A stretch of 64,000 nt of DNA, taken from NCBI GenBank assembly GCA_038087875.1, contig CM075993.1:4838001-4902000 (forward strand), written 5' to 3'. The position numbers and the translations under genes were made by a program. Below, piece by piece: positions 1-13,554 of the stretch. This DNA is from Malacoraja senta. Taxonomy: Eukaryota. The stretch's first letter is position 1. Each line of letters starts with the position of its first letter. Below the pieces are notes generated by a model, which saw only the letters and a list, made by a program, of their open reading frames with translations, did not search any database and was not told the DNA's origin.

Positions 1-429
1 ACTCACTCACTCCCCCCCCCCCCCCCCCCCCCCCCCCCGCTGCCTTCAGGTAGAAGGTACAGGAGCCTGAAATCTGCAACATCCAGGTTCAGGAATAGCT
101 GCTTCCCCACAGTCATCAGGCTAATAAACTCAACTCAAACAAAACTCTTTTCCACTTTATCTGTTACTTATGTGTGTATATATATGTTCATTGGTATATG
201 GTCACACTGATCTGTTCTGTTCTGTATTTATTTATGCCTACTTTTTTTCTGTTGTGCTGAAGCAAAGCAAGAATGTCATTGTCCTATCTGGGACACATGA
301 CAATAAACTCTCTTGAATCTTGAATCTTGAATCCTTTCCCTGTCCGAATCATTGACGTAAATCGGACTTTGCTTTCCACGGATGCTGCCTGACCTGGGGG
401 CTGCTTTTCTTGTCATTTTGATTACGGTT

Positions 430-920
430 TAGGTAAGTTTCGCTCCCAAATCGACATGCTCGGTTCCAACTTGAATTTCAAACACATCCGTTCTTCATCC
501 CATCTGTCGCAGCTGTCTCACAAACACCTTTCTTTTTTTTGTTTGCAAAACCTGTCGCTGAACCTTCTACTTTTTTCTTGCGCCCTTCTCTCGACAAATC
601 CGGAAATAAACCGCTGCTTGCTTCCAGAGACTGCAAGCATGCCACCGGAGGTCTCACGTGTTAATTGCGGCTACTTTCTGACATCACTAGCGCGAACAAA
701 AAAAAAACGCCTCGCTCTTTCTCGCAAGGGAGGTTGCTACCAACAAGAGTGAGCGGAAAAACTGTGCCTCGGGGAAGAAGGGGAACGTGTTTGGAAGCGA
801 ATATTGAACGCTGCATGCAATAAAGAAACACGCCGTCGGATTATCGCTTTAAAAAAAAAGTATTCTCCTTAGAAAACTCTCCCTTAAATCACCTTATACA
901 CCCACCTCTCCCCCTTCAGT
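430..920 (+). promoter_or_regulatory. Putative PSTPIP1 promoter / 5' region
   Basis: repeat-free, CpG-enriched stretch immediately upstream of the ATG with ETS-like GGAA cores (CCGGAAAT at 601, GCGGAAAA at 753, GGGGAA at 771/780); TSS cannot be determined. Confidence 0.4.
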
Positions 921-953
921 ATGACTCGACTCCGGTTTAAAGATGCCTTTTGG
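921..953 (+). CDS. PSTPIP1: PSTPIP1 coding exon 1 (MTRLRFKDAFW)
   Basis: ATG at 921, FKDAFW motif, donor GTGAGT at 954. Confidence 0.9.
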
Positions 954-2070
954 GTGAGTGAACTTCTCTACATGTTTAAAGGCGCTTGTGGTAATCCAAA
1001 GAGTAGTTGGAAGTGTGTAAATATGCAATCAAACCTATTTCCATGTCATCTCCAGCCAAAATCGTGATTAATATTATTATTATTATGAAATAGACATTTA
1101 TGTTAAAAAAAAACATTGGAAATATAGAGATTTTCACGGATCACGGCAGCCAATTAAACTCAAAAGGTAATTGATTTCAGGGAATTTGAGAAGGAACTGC
1201 AGATGCTGGAAAATCGAAGGTAGACAGAAATGCTGGAGAAACTCAGCGGGTGAGGCAGCAGCTATGGAGCGAAGGAATAGGTGATGTTTCGAGTCGAGGG
1301 TCTCACCCGCTGAGTTTCTCCAGCATTTTTGTCCACCTTCAGGGAGTTTGATCGCACTTGGTGAAATAATTGCTGATTTCCATATAGCCAACCAGTTTTG
1401 ATTTCCCCCCCAACTTCAGTTTCACGTTTCGTAGCGACTTTTTTCCCCCCCCCCAAGTGTATTTCAACCTTCTGGTAATGAATAATCAAAGTCAATGGAC
1501 CCGGTTTGAAATTCCCTCTTTAAACACAAGTGCTGGAAACTACTCGAAGACATGAACTGGGTGCAGTGATTCCTTAGGTACTGAATATCCATGTATCCGA
1601 AATCTGACATTTGGATAGGGTGTAGGAAGGAACTGCAGATGCTGGTTTAAACCGATGATAGACACAAAAAGCTGGAGTAACTCAACTATTTGGGTAGAGT
1701 TGCGGGTGCTATTGTACGTATTGAACAGTACAGCACCGTTATACAATGGTAATCTAGCCTGGTACAAAATAAAACGAGGTACAGAAATACATCCCAGCTC
1801 TTACATTGATTCATGTGGGTTGGATTTTAGTTTTTTTGTAAGCCAGGGAAGGTGGAGATGATGGTTATCAAAAAAATAATGAGGGGTTTTAATATCCGGA
1901 GAACGAGCTAGGCTTTCAAAAACAGCGCGCACGATTTGAGACGATTAGCAGTAGTGAAACAGTAAAGATTTTAGGAGTCCCACCCTGCTAGGATACTACT
2001 GCATTCAACTGTCTGAAGAAGGGTTTTATGGTGAGAGGAGCGTGGTTTAATAGGGGCATTTTTTTCCAAA

Positions 2071-2420
2071 AGACAATAGACAATAGGTGCAGGAATAGGC
2101 CATTTGGCCCTTCGAGCCAGCACCGCCATTCAATGTGATCATGGCTGATCATCCCCAATCAGTACCCCGTTCCTGCCTTCTCCCCATATCCCCTGACTCC
2201 GCTATTTTTAAGAGCCCTATCTAGCTCTCTCTTGAAAGCATCCAGAGAACCGGCCTCTGAGGCAGAGAATTCCACACTCACAACTCTCTGTGAGAAAAAG
2301 TGTTTCCTCGTCTCCGTTCTAAATGGCTTACCCCTTATTCTTAAACTGTGGCCCTGGTTCTGGACTCCTCCAACATCGGGAACTTGTTTCCTGCCTCTAG
2401 CGTGTCCAAACCCTTAACAA
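2071..2420 (-). mobile_element. CR1 LINE 3' fragment
   Basis: reverse complement of RT C-terminus/3'UTR seen at 10252-10678; (TGTCTAT)n tail. Confidence 0.85.
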
Positions 2421-3094
2421 CCACTCAGAGGGTGGTGAGTATCTGTAACGTGGAGGTAGTCGAGGCAGGTACAGTAACAACATTTAAAAGACACTTAGAC
2501 AGGGACATGGATAGGAAAGGTTTATAGGGATATCGGTCAAATGCGGTCAAATGGAACAAGCTTAGAAGGGGCAGCTTGGACAGCATTGGGCTGAAGGGCC
2601 TGTTCTCTATGTTGCTTGATTCTATTACTCTGACTTGCCCCTAACTCTGGAGTCAGAATACATTAAAGCTTCTGTGGTGACACACTAAAGTAAATGAATT
2701 CAAAGCATGAGACAGTTTTACCCAAATCCATCTAAAAATTAACTTGTCACTTTTTGCTCTAAATCACCAGCAACATTATAGGAGGTGTTGTTGATGGCAG
2801 TGTCAAGTGGGTACTTGTTCTCTGGTGCCACGCTTGGATTTTATCAAGATCACTGGGTTCCAGGCCAGAGTCTTAATTCAAAATTGGACCAAAGCAAAAT
2901 GCCAGTGCAAAGGTTAGAGTAACTCCCCTTACCATCAAGTCTGTATTCAACTGAGTATTGTATCAGTAAGATTCTAAAGAACGATCCTGACCCAAAATGT
3001 TACCTGCCCATTGCCTCCACAAATTTCTCTGACCCGTTGAGTTACTCCAGCACTTTGTTTTCATTGTTTATTGCAGAAGTGGATTGTGGTATAA

Positions 3095-3570
3095 AGTAAG
3101 TAAGTAAGTTTATTGGCCAAGTATTCACATACAAGGAATTTGCTTTGGTGCTCCACCCACAAGTAACAACATGACATACAGTGACAGTTACGAATGACTC
3201 AGAAAACACTAAACATTAATAATAATAAAACATTAATGATAAAACACCATTGATCAAGCATGTGAACCAACAAAATACCAGATCAAAGGGAGGCTACAGA
3301 TTTTTGGCTGTTGGGTAGATTAACTACTCGTGGATAAAAACTGTTTTTATGTCTGGCTGTGGCAGCTTTGACAGTCCGGAGTCGCCTTCCAGAGGGAAGT
3401 GATTCAAAGAGTTTGTGGCCAGGGTGAGAGGGGTCAGAGATGATCTTACCCGCTCGCTTCCTGGCCCTTGCAGTGTACAGTTCATCAATGGAAGAAAGGT
3501 TGCAGCCAATGACCTTCTCTGCTGATCGGACGATTCGCTGCAGCCTCCAGGTGTCGTGCTTGGTGGCTGA
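3095..3570 (-). mobile_element. Rex1/Babar-like non-LTR retrotransposon 3' fragment
   Basis: ORF LQRIVRSAEKVIG...DPSHPGHKLF...LPSGRR...SFYP; (TTAC)n tail; near-identical to 19167-19697. Confidence 0.8.
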
Positions 3571-5892
3571 AGTCCTTGGATATAAAAGGAAACAAATTCT
3601 TGTTGTTAGGTCCTTCACAAAGGAAGAGGGTTATGGTTGTTAGAGGTCAACCATCCCAACCTTAGAACATCATCGGACATGTTCTTCAAAGCTAACCAAG
3701 TACTATATCAATGGCCTTCCCCTCTTTCCATCATAACTTCCGAAGTGGGAATGTTCACTGATGATTCCAGACTTCATATCACAAGGTCATAAGTAATAGG
3801 AGTAGAATTAGGCCATTCGGCCCATCAAGTCTACTCCGCCATTCAATCATGGCTGATCTATCTCTACCTCCTAACCCCATTCTCCTGCCTTCTGCCCATA
3901 ACCTCTGACAACTGCACTAATCAAAAGTCTATTCAGAACTCCTCGTCAAGTAAAAGAGTCCAAAGTTGCATGCAGCAAAACTCATGGCATGGGCCGATGA
4001 GTAGGAAGTATCATACCTGTCACCGAAGTTGGAGTCAATGATCATTTCTAAGGAAGGAGTGGTTAGGCGACCACTCACCCTTGGCATTCAATGGCAGTAT
4101 CAGCTCTTAACCTGCTGCCCAAAGAGTTCGCCATTAATCAGAAACTGAACTGAAACTATGTACATCCTGTGGTAAGTGGCACCTCAAATGCTTTCAACTA
4201 TCTACAGGGCTCAAGTCAAGTGTGATTGTATACTCTAGGCTTGTAAAGATAGTGGAGCATAAAGAACACTGAAGAAGCTCAATGTCTTTCTGGGTAAATC
4301 AGCCTGCTCAAATGGTTCACAAGGTCACAAGTTATAGGAGTAGAATTCGGCGCACTCCGCCATTCAATCATGGCTGATCTCTGCCTCCTAATCCCATTTT
4401 CCTGCCTTCTCCCCATAACCCTCGACACCTGTTCTAATCAAGAATTTGTCAAGCGACTTTGAGTAAGCGACTTTGAGTCCTGAAAAGCGCTATATAAATA
4501 AAATCTATTATTATTATTATTAACTCTGCCTTAAAAATATCCACTGACTTGGCCTCCACAACTCTCTATGGCAATGAGTTCCACAGATTAACTACCCTCT
4601 GACTAAAGAAGTTCCTCCTCACCTCCTTTCTAAAAAAGCACCCCTGGTATTCCATCTACCGCCCTACACCTTCATTTATTCCCCCCCATCACCAGTGCGC
4701 AGTGGTTGCAGTGTATGCCATACGAACATGTACTGCTGTCATTTGCTTAGTTTATTCTGACAGTATGACCCAAACCTGGGACCTCTCCCACCCAGAAGTA
4801 CCAGGCCTTGTTGGATACTTGGGAGCACCACCACCCGCAGGTTCCCCTCCACCTCACAGACCATCCAGATTTGGAAATCTCGCCATTCCCTCTTCCTTCC
4901 AAAGGCGCTGTAGAAGTACCATCACTGGGGGGGACTCCAGCAGTTCAAGCAGGGAACATGCTTCCAACTTTTGAATGAGGATTAACGATAGGCGATGAAT
5001 GATCCCTGAACCTAGAGTAATGAACTTTTGTAAAAAAAAAATTAAAACACAAATGTGAAATTCAAGCCTGCGAGATTAAACAGTGATAGTGCTGAAACTG
5101 GAATTCAGCAGAATCTGTGGAACCGTATTGTCCCATTCATTGAATGATTTGGAGCAGATTCGTATTCCATAGCAATTTAGCATTTGGATATTCAAGGATC
5201 CAGATCAGATCTGATTTTGGGGTAGAACAGAGAAAATTTGAACTTTTTTTCGCCTTCCATCACAGTGAGGAATGTGGAGGAGTCACTGTGGTGGATGTTT
5301 ATGTTAAAATGTGTTTTGTGTGTTCCGTTGCTTTTTATTTGTATGACTGACGTGGCAAATGAAATTCCTCGTATGTTGCAAAATATACTTGGCTAATAAA
5401 GTATTATTGTGATTTTGATTGTGATTTAAAGTTATTTTCACCTGAAAAGTGGATTCTGTTTCTCTCCCCACTATTGCTGCCTGACCTGTTGAGTGCTTCA
5501 AGCGTAGTATGTGTTTGTTTTGGATTTTCCGCATCTGCAGTTTTTTGCTTCAGTTGGAAAATAAATGTGTTTCCTCTGCGAGTTGTCTCATTGTCAACCT
5601 TAAAAGAGCAGTGGTTTCATCCAATATTTGTTGACATCTCAGTTGTCGTTTCAATTCATCCAAAGTGGTGTGATGGATATTTACATTTACCTCTGATGTC
5701 TTTCTTAAGGGAGCAAATTGGTCATGTTTCACTCAACCTTTCCCTCTCTCTGCACGTTGCTACAACAGTGCCAATGTATCAGTTCCTACTTCAGCAGCTC
5801 TGTGCTTTCTCTTGGTTTGTCACTTATGCTCAGTTAGAGCAGTCACAAGCTTACTTTTTAAGCCCTGTGTACGTTCACTTGAGACTGCTTAA

Positions 5893-6140
5893 AGGGCCTG
5901 TCCCACTTTCACGACCTAATTCACAACCTCTGCCGAGTCTGCCCTTGACTCATACTCGCAGCATGGTCGTCACAAGGTCGTAGGAGGTCGTAGGAAGTCG
6001 TAGGTAGGTCGTAGCAGGCCGTGATGATAGTCGTAGGTACTCGTGGCATCAAGTAGGTCGGGGCATTTTTTCTAGTATGATGAAAAATGTCCACGAGTAA
6101 AAAAGGTTGTGTATTAGGTCGTGAAAGTGGGACAGGCCCT
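5893..6140. mobile_element. PIF/Harbinger-type MITE
   Basis: TIR AGGGCCTGTCCCACTTTCACGACCTAAT...; TAA TSD at 5890-92 and 6141-43. Confidence 0.85.
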
Positions 6141-7187
6141 TAAGTACAATTTGCAAGCTATCTCTATAAAGAAGGGCTCATAAACTCAACGGACTTGGCT
6201 GGTATCACGGTCAAATCCCCAGAGTTAAAGGTGCAACTTTCAAGAACGGGAGTGATAAATATTGTTGCCGAACATTTCATTTGGTGGGTAAAGGTTTTAT
6301 CTAAAATTTTCATCTGTGTTTGAAACCCAAGCAATACATCTTTGCCATGAAGTGAACATTGAGATGAGATAGACACAGGAGAAATCTGAAGTCTGGACAG
6401 TCTGAAGAAGGGTCTCGACACGAAACGTCACCCATTCCTTCTCTCCAGAGATGCTGCCTGTCCCGCTGAGTTACACCTGCATTTTGTGTCTATCAAGTGG
6501 ATATAATTATGAGTTTTACAGGATATTTGAAAAGATGTATGGATAGGAAGGGTTTTGAGGAATATGGGCCAAAAGCAGGAAAGTGTAACTTGGTCAGTAT
6601 GGACAAGGTGGGCCGAAGGGCCTGTTTTGTACTGTGACGCATATTGCAGTAATTGCTACATGGCTAACTACTGGGAACTACTCATGACTAACACTGGTTT
6701 CCACATACGGACGTATTCCTCAAACTAATTCACTTGCTCATTTGTGCTACGACCATAATCTAAATTCAAGCTGTTGTGGGGAGACCTTGCACCAATTACT
6801 TGATGATGCAAAAATGGACCAAATAATGTCTCGGCATCCATGTTAAAGATTTATCCTATTTTTGACAGTTACATAATGCTACAAAATACACTCTTAATGG
6901 GAGAGGTTCAGCCTCTTGAGACAGTTTCCCTTACAATTAGACCAAAGAAGAACCAAATTTGAACTCTCGCTTTCTCGATTCTGTAACCGTTGATATCGTT
7001 GCCCAATAAGTTAACTAGTTCCATTCAGAATCTGTTGTAATTGAGAAATGGTGTGAATTCCAAAGCCCCTTTGCCTTACTGCAAATAATGTTAATGGATA
7101 AATGTGTGCTACACAAAGAATTTAATGTGGCAAAGTTCCTTTAATGTATACTTTTCTAATGATTTGGTTGTAAGTGGCAAAAATCAA

Positions 7188-7712
7188 ACTTCTACTCAGC
7201 GGCTGTAGAAAGCATCTTGTCCAGAAACATCACAATCGCGTTTGGGAACTGCTCTGCCCGGGACAAGAAGGCTCTGCAGAGAGTAGTGCGTTCGGCCGAA
7301 CGCACTATGGGAACTACACTCACCCCTCTGCAGGAACTATATATCAGAAGGTGCAAATCCAGAGCCAGCAACATTATGGGGGGCCCCTACCACCCCAGCA
7401 ACGGACTGTTCCAGCTGCTACGGTCAGGCAAACGCCTCCGCTGTCATGCTGTGAAAACAGAGAGGATGAGACGGAGTTTCTTCCCAGAGGCCATTAGGAC
7501 TATAAACTCTTATCTCATCAGGGACTAACATACTGTACCAATTTACTGTTGTGTTGTGTCTTTTTAAAATTGCTGGGGGGTTTATCCTCACCAATATGTA
7601 ATTACTGATTCTGTTCTATTCTGTTTTGTAGTTTTTTTTGCACAATCCGCAATCATTGCCACTTTTCATTTCACTGCACATCTCGTATGCGTATGTGACG
7701 AATAAACTTGAC
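7188..7712 (+). mobile_element. Rex1/Babar-like 3' fragment
   Basis: ORF 7217..7528 LQRVVRSAER...HPSNGLFQLLRSGKR...SFFPEAIR. Confidence 0.75.
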
Positions 7713-8116
7713 GACATGCTCGCTCACAAATATTTGAATTGGGAATAGTGGATGAGTTAATGAAGTAGCCCGCTTGATTGGTAACCCATTGACCCCCTTA
7801 ACCTTCACTCACTCCACCACCCTCAATGGCTCCAGTGCCACCTATGAAGTGCACCCAGTAAAAACTAGAGGGCATCACTTTAAGGTGAGAAGAGCAAAGT
7901 TTAAAGGAGGTGTGCGGAATAAGTTATTTTGTACAGAGAGTGGTGGGTGCCTGGAACATGCTGCCAGGGCTGGTGGTTGAGGCAGAAACGATAGTGGCAT
8001 TTAAGAAGCTTACAGATAAGCACATGGATATGCAGTTAATGGAGAGATATGGAGAGAAAGAGATTAGTTTCTCTCCATATCTCTCCATTAACTACATATC
8101 CATGTGCTTATCTGTA

Positions 8117-9945
8117 AGAGAAAGAGATTAGTTAAAACAAATGTAGGTCCCTTGCAGTTAGAAACAGGTGAATTGATCATGGGGAACAAGGATATGGCGG
8201 ACCAATTGAATAACTACTTTGGTTCCGTCTTCACTAAGGAAGACATAAATAATCTGCCGGAAATAGCAGGGGGCCGCAGGTCAAAGGAGATGGAGGAACT
8301 GAGTGAAATCCAGGTTAGTCGGGAAGTGGTGTTGGGTAAATTGAATAGATTAAAGGCCGATAAATCACCAGGGCCAGATAGGCTGCATCCCAGAGTACTT
8401 AAGGAAGTAGCTCCAGAAATAGTGGATGCATTAGTGATAATTTTTCAAAACTCTTTAGATTCTGGAGTAGTTACTGAGGATTGAAGGGTAGCAAACGTAA
8501 CCCCACTTTTTAAGAAGGGTGGGAAAGAGAAAATGGGGAATTACAGACCAATTAGTCTAACATCGGTAGTGGGGAAACTGCTAGCGTCAGTTATTAAAGA
8601 TGGGATAGCAGCACATTTGGAAAGTGGTGAAATCATTGGACAAAGTCAGCATGGATTTACGAAAGGTAAATCGTGTCTGACGAATCTTATAGAATTTTTC
8701 GAGGATGTAACTAGTAGAGTGGATAGGGGAGAACCAGTGGATGTGTTGTATCTGGACTTTCAGAAGGCTTTCGACAATGTCCCACATAAGAGATTAGTAT
8801 ACAAACTTAAAGCACACGGTTTTGGGGGTTCAGTATTGATGTGGATAGAGAACTGGCTGGCAAACAGGAAGCAAAGAGTAGGAGTAAACGGGTCCTTTTC
8901 ACAATGGCAGGCAGTGACTAGTGGGGTACCGCAAGGCTCAGTGCTGGGACCCCAGCTATTTACAATTTATATTAATGAGCTGGATGAGGGAATTGAAGGC
9001 AACATCTCCAAGTTTGCGGATGACACTAAGCTGGGGGGCAGTGTTAGCTGTGAGGAGGATGCTAGGAGACTGCAAGGTGACTTGGATAGGCTGGGTGAGT
9101 GGGCAAATGTTTGGCAGATGCAGTATAATGTGGATAAATGTGAGGTTATCCACTTTGGTGGCAAAAACAGGAAAGCAGACTATTATCTAAATGGTGGCCG
9201 ATTAGGAAAAGGGGAGATGCAGCGAGACCTGGGTGTCATGGTACACCAGTCATTGAAAGTAGGCATGCAGGTGCAGCAGGCAGTGAAGAAAGCGAATGGT
9301 ATGTTAGCTTTCATAGCAAAAGGATTTGAGTATAGGAGCAGGGAGGTTCTACTGCAGTTGTACAGGGTCTTGGTGAGACCACACCTGGAGTATTGCGTAC
9401 AGTTTTGGTCTCCAAATCTGAGGAAGGACATTATAGCCATAGAGGGAGTGCAGAGAAGGTTCACCAGACTGATTCCTGGGATGTCAGGACTTTCATATGA
9501 AGAAAGACTGGATAGACTTGGCTTATACTCGCTAGAATTTAGGAGATTGAGAGAGGATCTTATAGAAACGTACAAAATTCTTATGGGGTTGGACAGGCTA
9601 GATGCAGGAAGATTGTTCCCGATGTTGGGGAAGTCCAGGACAAGGGGTCACAGCTTAAGGATAAGGGGGAAATCCTTTAAGACCGAGATGAGAAAAAACA
9701 TTTTCACACAGAGAGTGGTGAATCTCTGGAACTCTCTGCCACAGAGGGTAGTTGAGGCCAGTTCATTGGCTATATTTAAGAGGGAGTTAGATGTGGCCCT
9801 TGTGTCTAAAGGGATCAGGGGGTATGGAGAGAAGGCAGGTACGGGATACTGAGTTGGATGATCAGCCATGATCATATTGAATGGCGGTGCAGGCTCGAAG
9901 GGCCGAATGGTCTACTCCTGCACCTATTTTCTATGTATCTATGTA
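8117..9945 (+). mobile_element. CR1 LINE, 5'-truncated, RT ORF2 with one nonsense codon
   Basis: ORFs 8104..8484 and 8533..9852 in the same frame, split by TGA at 8482-8484 (expected W); KSPGPD, YLDFQKAFD, GVPQGSVLGP, FADD motifs; 3'UTR hairpin GGTGCAGG..CCTGCACC and (TCTATGT)n-type tail. Confidence 0.95.
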
Positions 9946-10251
9946 CATGCAGGCCAAGGAGATTAGGTTAATTTGGCGTCATTTTTGGCATGGATATTGC
10001 GGGCCAAATGGCCGTATCTGTGCTGTATGTTCCATGTTTAACATTCACCTGCCTAAGCTACTGGGACAGCACCCCCTAAATGAACAATTTCTGGCACCAA
10101 GGAGTAGGTGCATGGTTCCCCTCCAGGTCGCGCACCACCCTGACATGGATATATATCCAAACTTCATTGTTGCTGGGTCTAAATGTTGCTCCTTCCCCAA
10201 CAGCGCTAGAAGGAACACCTTCACAAGAATGTTGCAGTGATTACCGAAGCG

Positions 10252-10678
10252 ACTGCGCTTGTATACTGGAATTTAGAAGGATGAGAGGGGTTCTTATTGA
10301 AACATCATAAGATTATTAAGGGATTGGACATGCTAGAGGCAGGAAACATGTTCCCAATGTTGGGGGAGTCCAGAACCAGGGGCCACAGTTTAAGAATAAG
10401 GGGTAGGCCATTTAGGACGGAGATGAGGAAAAACGTTTTCACCCAGAGAGTTGTGAATCTGTGGAATTCTCTGCCACAGAAGGCAGTGGAGGCCAATTCA
10501 CTGGATGTTTTCAAGAGAGAATTAGATAGAGCTGTTAAAGATAGCGGAGTCAAGGGATATGGGGAGAAGGCATGAACGGGGTACTGATTGCGGATGATCA
10601 GCCATGATCACATTGAATGGCGGTGCTGGCTTGAAGGGCTGAATGGCCTACTCCTGCACCTATTGTCTATTGTCTATT
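10252..10678 (+). mobile_element. CR1 LINE 3' fragment (second subfamily)
   Basis: ORF 10297..10575 ..TRGHSLRIRG..FTQRVVNLWNSLP; (TGTCTAT)n tail. Confidence 0.88.
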
Positions 10679-10970
10679 AAAGGCAGCTCACTATCAGCCT
10701 CTGAGGAGCAATTAGAATCGGGGAATAAATGCCGGCATTGCTAGTGATGCCCAGATTTTAAACATGAATATTTAATGAGAGATTACCTGCTGAGCAGAAA
10801 ATAAAGGTTGCAGCGGTACATGAAGCTGATAGATGAATAACACGACTAATGAATGGAAAATCTCAAAGATAGACACAAAGTGCTGAAGTAACTCAACGGG
10901 TCAGGCAGCATTTCTGGAGAACATGGATAGGTGATGTTTCGGGTCAAGACCCCTAGCCCAGGCTGATTCT

Positions 10971-11424
10971 TTTTTTTATATTAAAAAATATATATATATT
11001 TATTAGAAGTACATTACATTACAACCACATACATTAGTACTCGTCACTTATATCTTCTTACAATTAATGTACTCCGTTTGTTTTTTACACTAGAAAAGGG
11101 AAAGGATGAGATTGAGAGAAAGAAGAAAGTGAAGGAAAAAGTGAAAGTGTAGAAAATGTGACAACAAGAAAGAACGAAGATCCTATAAGAACAAAATTAA
11201 GAACAAAAGAAAAAGAGTTAAGAAATAGACCCTAGAAAAGAAGGAAAAGGAGAAAGAGGGAAAAGAGAAAAACAAATAGTTTTTATGAGCATTACGCAAA
11301 TGGGACATACCAACTCTCCAACTTTCATCCCCCCTTACCTGACCTCAGTTTTTTTTTTTTAAAGTACCTTTGCACCCTATTTTTGTAATAATTCTATAAA
11401 TACAGACCACGTCAGGTGGAAGCT
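10971..11424 (-). mobile_element. L1/Tx1-clade 3' end with 12-bp TSD
   Basis: near-identical to 24470-24895; A-rich tail; TSD CAGGCTGATTCT at 10959-10970 and 11425-11436. Confidence 0.85.
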
Positions 11425-11689
11425 CAGGCTGATTCTGACTTGAAACGTCACCTGTCCATGTTCTCCAGGAATGCTGCCTGACCTGCTGAGTTACTCCAGC
11501 TGGCACTTTGTGTCTATCTTTGGTATAAACCATCATCTGTAGTCCCGGCTGTTATCAGGCAACTGAACCATCCTACCACAACTAGAGAGCAGTCCAGACC
11601 GACAATCTACCTCATTGGAGACCCTCGGACGATCCATAATCTGACTCTACTGAACTTTATTCATGTTTATTTGTCATATGCACCATTTT

Positions 11690-12018
11690 GTTTATTTTTA
11701 TTTTTATTTTTTTATTAATCAAAAATATTTATTCAAATATTAAAATAATATATACAGCACAGTAAAAACCAAAACAGAACCCACCACCATAATACACGAC
11801 AAATAATAAACTATTATATAACTATATTACACTCCTTGTCGAGGATGCATTCAACCCCCAGCGGTCCCGGAAATCCCCCAGGGTGCCCGTGGACAGGGCG
11901 TATTCCCTCTCTAACTGCACCCGGGCACGGACGTATCCCCGGAAAAGGGGCAGGCAGCCAGTTCGTGTAGAGCCCTCCACCGCCTGGCGCCTTGACTCAC
12001 GGATGGCCAGCTTGGCCA
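11690..12018 (-). mobile_element. Tx1-like retrotransposon 3' end
   Basis: ORF 11822..12157 part AKLAIRESRR...LGDFRDRW resembling Tx1 ORF2 C-terminus; poly-A tail. Confidence 0.6.
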
Positions 12019-13237
12019 TCGCATGCACATTCCGCAAGTGATAAGGTGCAGTGAAATGTAATTCACCATGCAGCGTTACAAATAAAAAAGGACACAATAC
12101 ACAACATAATTCAACACAGACATCCACCACAGCATTCTTCACTGTGGTGGAAGGCAATACAGTTCAGACAGTCCCTTTCCTCCCTTGTTCACCTGTGGTC
12201 GGGGCCCTGACCCTCCATAGTCGCCACTACGGACGGCCCGATGTTCAAGCCGTCTGGTCAGGATGGTTGGAACACCGACGTCGGGACAGGTCGAGCACCC
12301 CCCTGTTTATCATTCACTAAATGTTATTTCCTTTATCCTGTGTCTGCACACTGTGGGCGGCTTGATTGTAATCATCTATAGTCTTTCCACTGACTGGTTA
12401 GCACACAACAAAATCTTTAGCTGACTGTTTAGCTTGCAGCAAAAAAGCTTTTCACTCAACCTCAGTACACGTGACAATAAACTAACCAAAAGGTTTTTAT
12501 TAAATGGAAAATCTCCATTAGGTTCATGATCAATTTGTTCATACAAAAACAGATTTCAAATTAAGTTTTCAAGGTTGTGTGTTATGCAATAATAGCAAAG
12601 TTCTGGGTAGTTTATAAACTCTCAGTCGCTAATGGTCTTTCAGAGAGCGAATTCTGCCATCCTTGTGTAGTTTGGCCTCTATGTGATGCTAAAAATACAT
12701 CAACATAGTTACCTCTGAATGGGCCCATGAAATGGTCCAACAAGCTTCTTGGGTTGGGGATGGGCCAAGTGTCCCCATATCCTATGGATGCACAAACAAA
12801 AAAATAGCCTATTGTGTACTGTGAAGAAAAATGTTAATTCCAATGTCTAGTAAGTTTTTAAAGTGTGAATGTTCAAATTAATATGGGAAAACATTGGGGG
12901 CAGATTGGTCGGCATGGATGAGTTGGTCCAAAGGACAGCATGACTCTATGACTCTAAAATTCCAAACTGCGCAGTAGTTGTGATCATATGTGAAAGCAAT
13001 AATAAGTTTGTGGTTCTGACGTGTCTGGTCTGGTGGGCCGAGTCTACTGATAAAGGACACATGTCTACATATCCTGTTGTGCACTTTCATGAGTTATACT
13101 TGAAAACAAGTTGAATTAAAATTTCATATCGAGCAGATTTAAGTTGTCTTATCCACATGTGTTTGAATAGAATAACCATAGTCGTAAGTGTACAATGCAG
13201 CAATGGCTGTTCAGCCCATCAATGATAATGTGCTGGA

Positions 13238-13437
13238 AAGAACTGCAGATGCTGGTTTAAATCGAAGGTAGACCCAAAATGCTGGAGTAACTTCTCTGGA
13301 GAGAAGGAATAGGTGACGTTTCGGGTCGAGACACTTCTGAATTCTGAAGAAGGGTCTCGACCCGAAACGTCACCCATTCGTTCTCTCCAGAGATGCTGCC
13401 TGTCCCGCTGAGTTACTCCAGCATTTTGGGTCTACCT
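13238..13437. mobile_element. Penelope-like terminal repeat, inverted pair with hammerhead motif
   Basis: arms are reverse complements; CTGAAGAAGGGTCTCGACCCGAAACGTC at 13344-13371. Confidence 0.7.
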
Positions 13438-13554
13438 ATGATAATGTGCTACCTGGCCTATCCCAACATTCTAGCATTTAGTCCACAGCCCCAGAGATCA
13501 CGGCTCGGTTCCAGTGCACATCCAATCATTCCTAAACCTGGCTACAAAAATGGT

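Noticed and set aside
12..38. Poly-C run
   Set aside because: Simple homopolymer of uncertain length with no evidence of function
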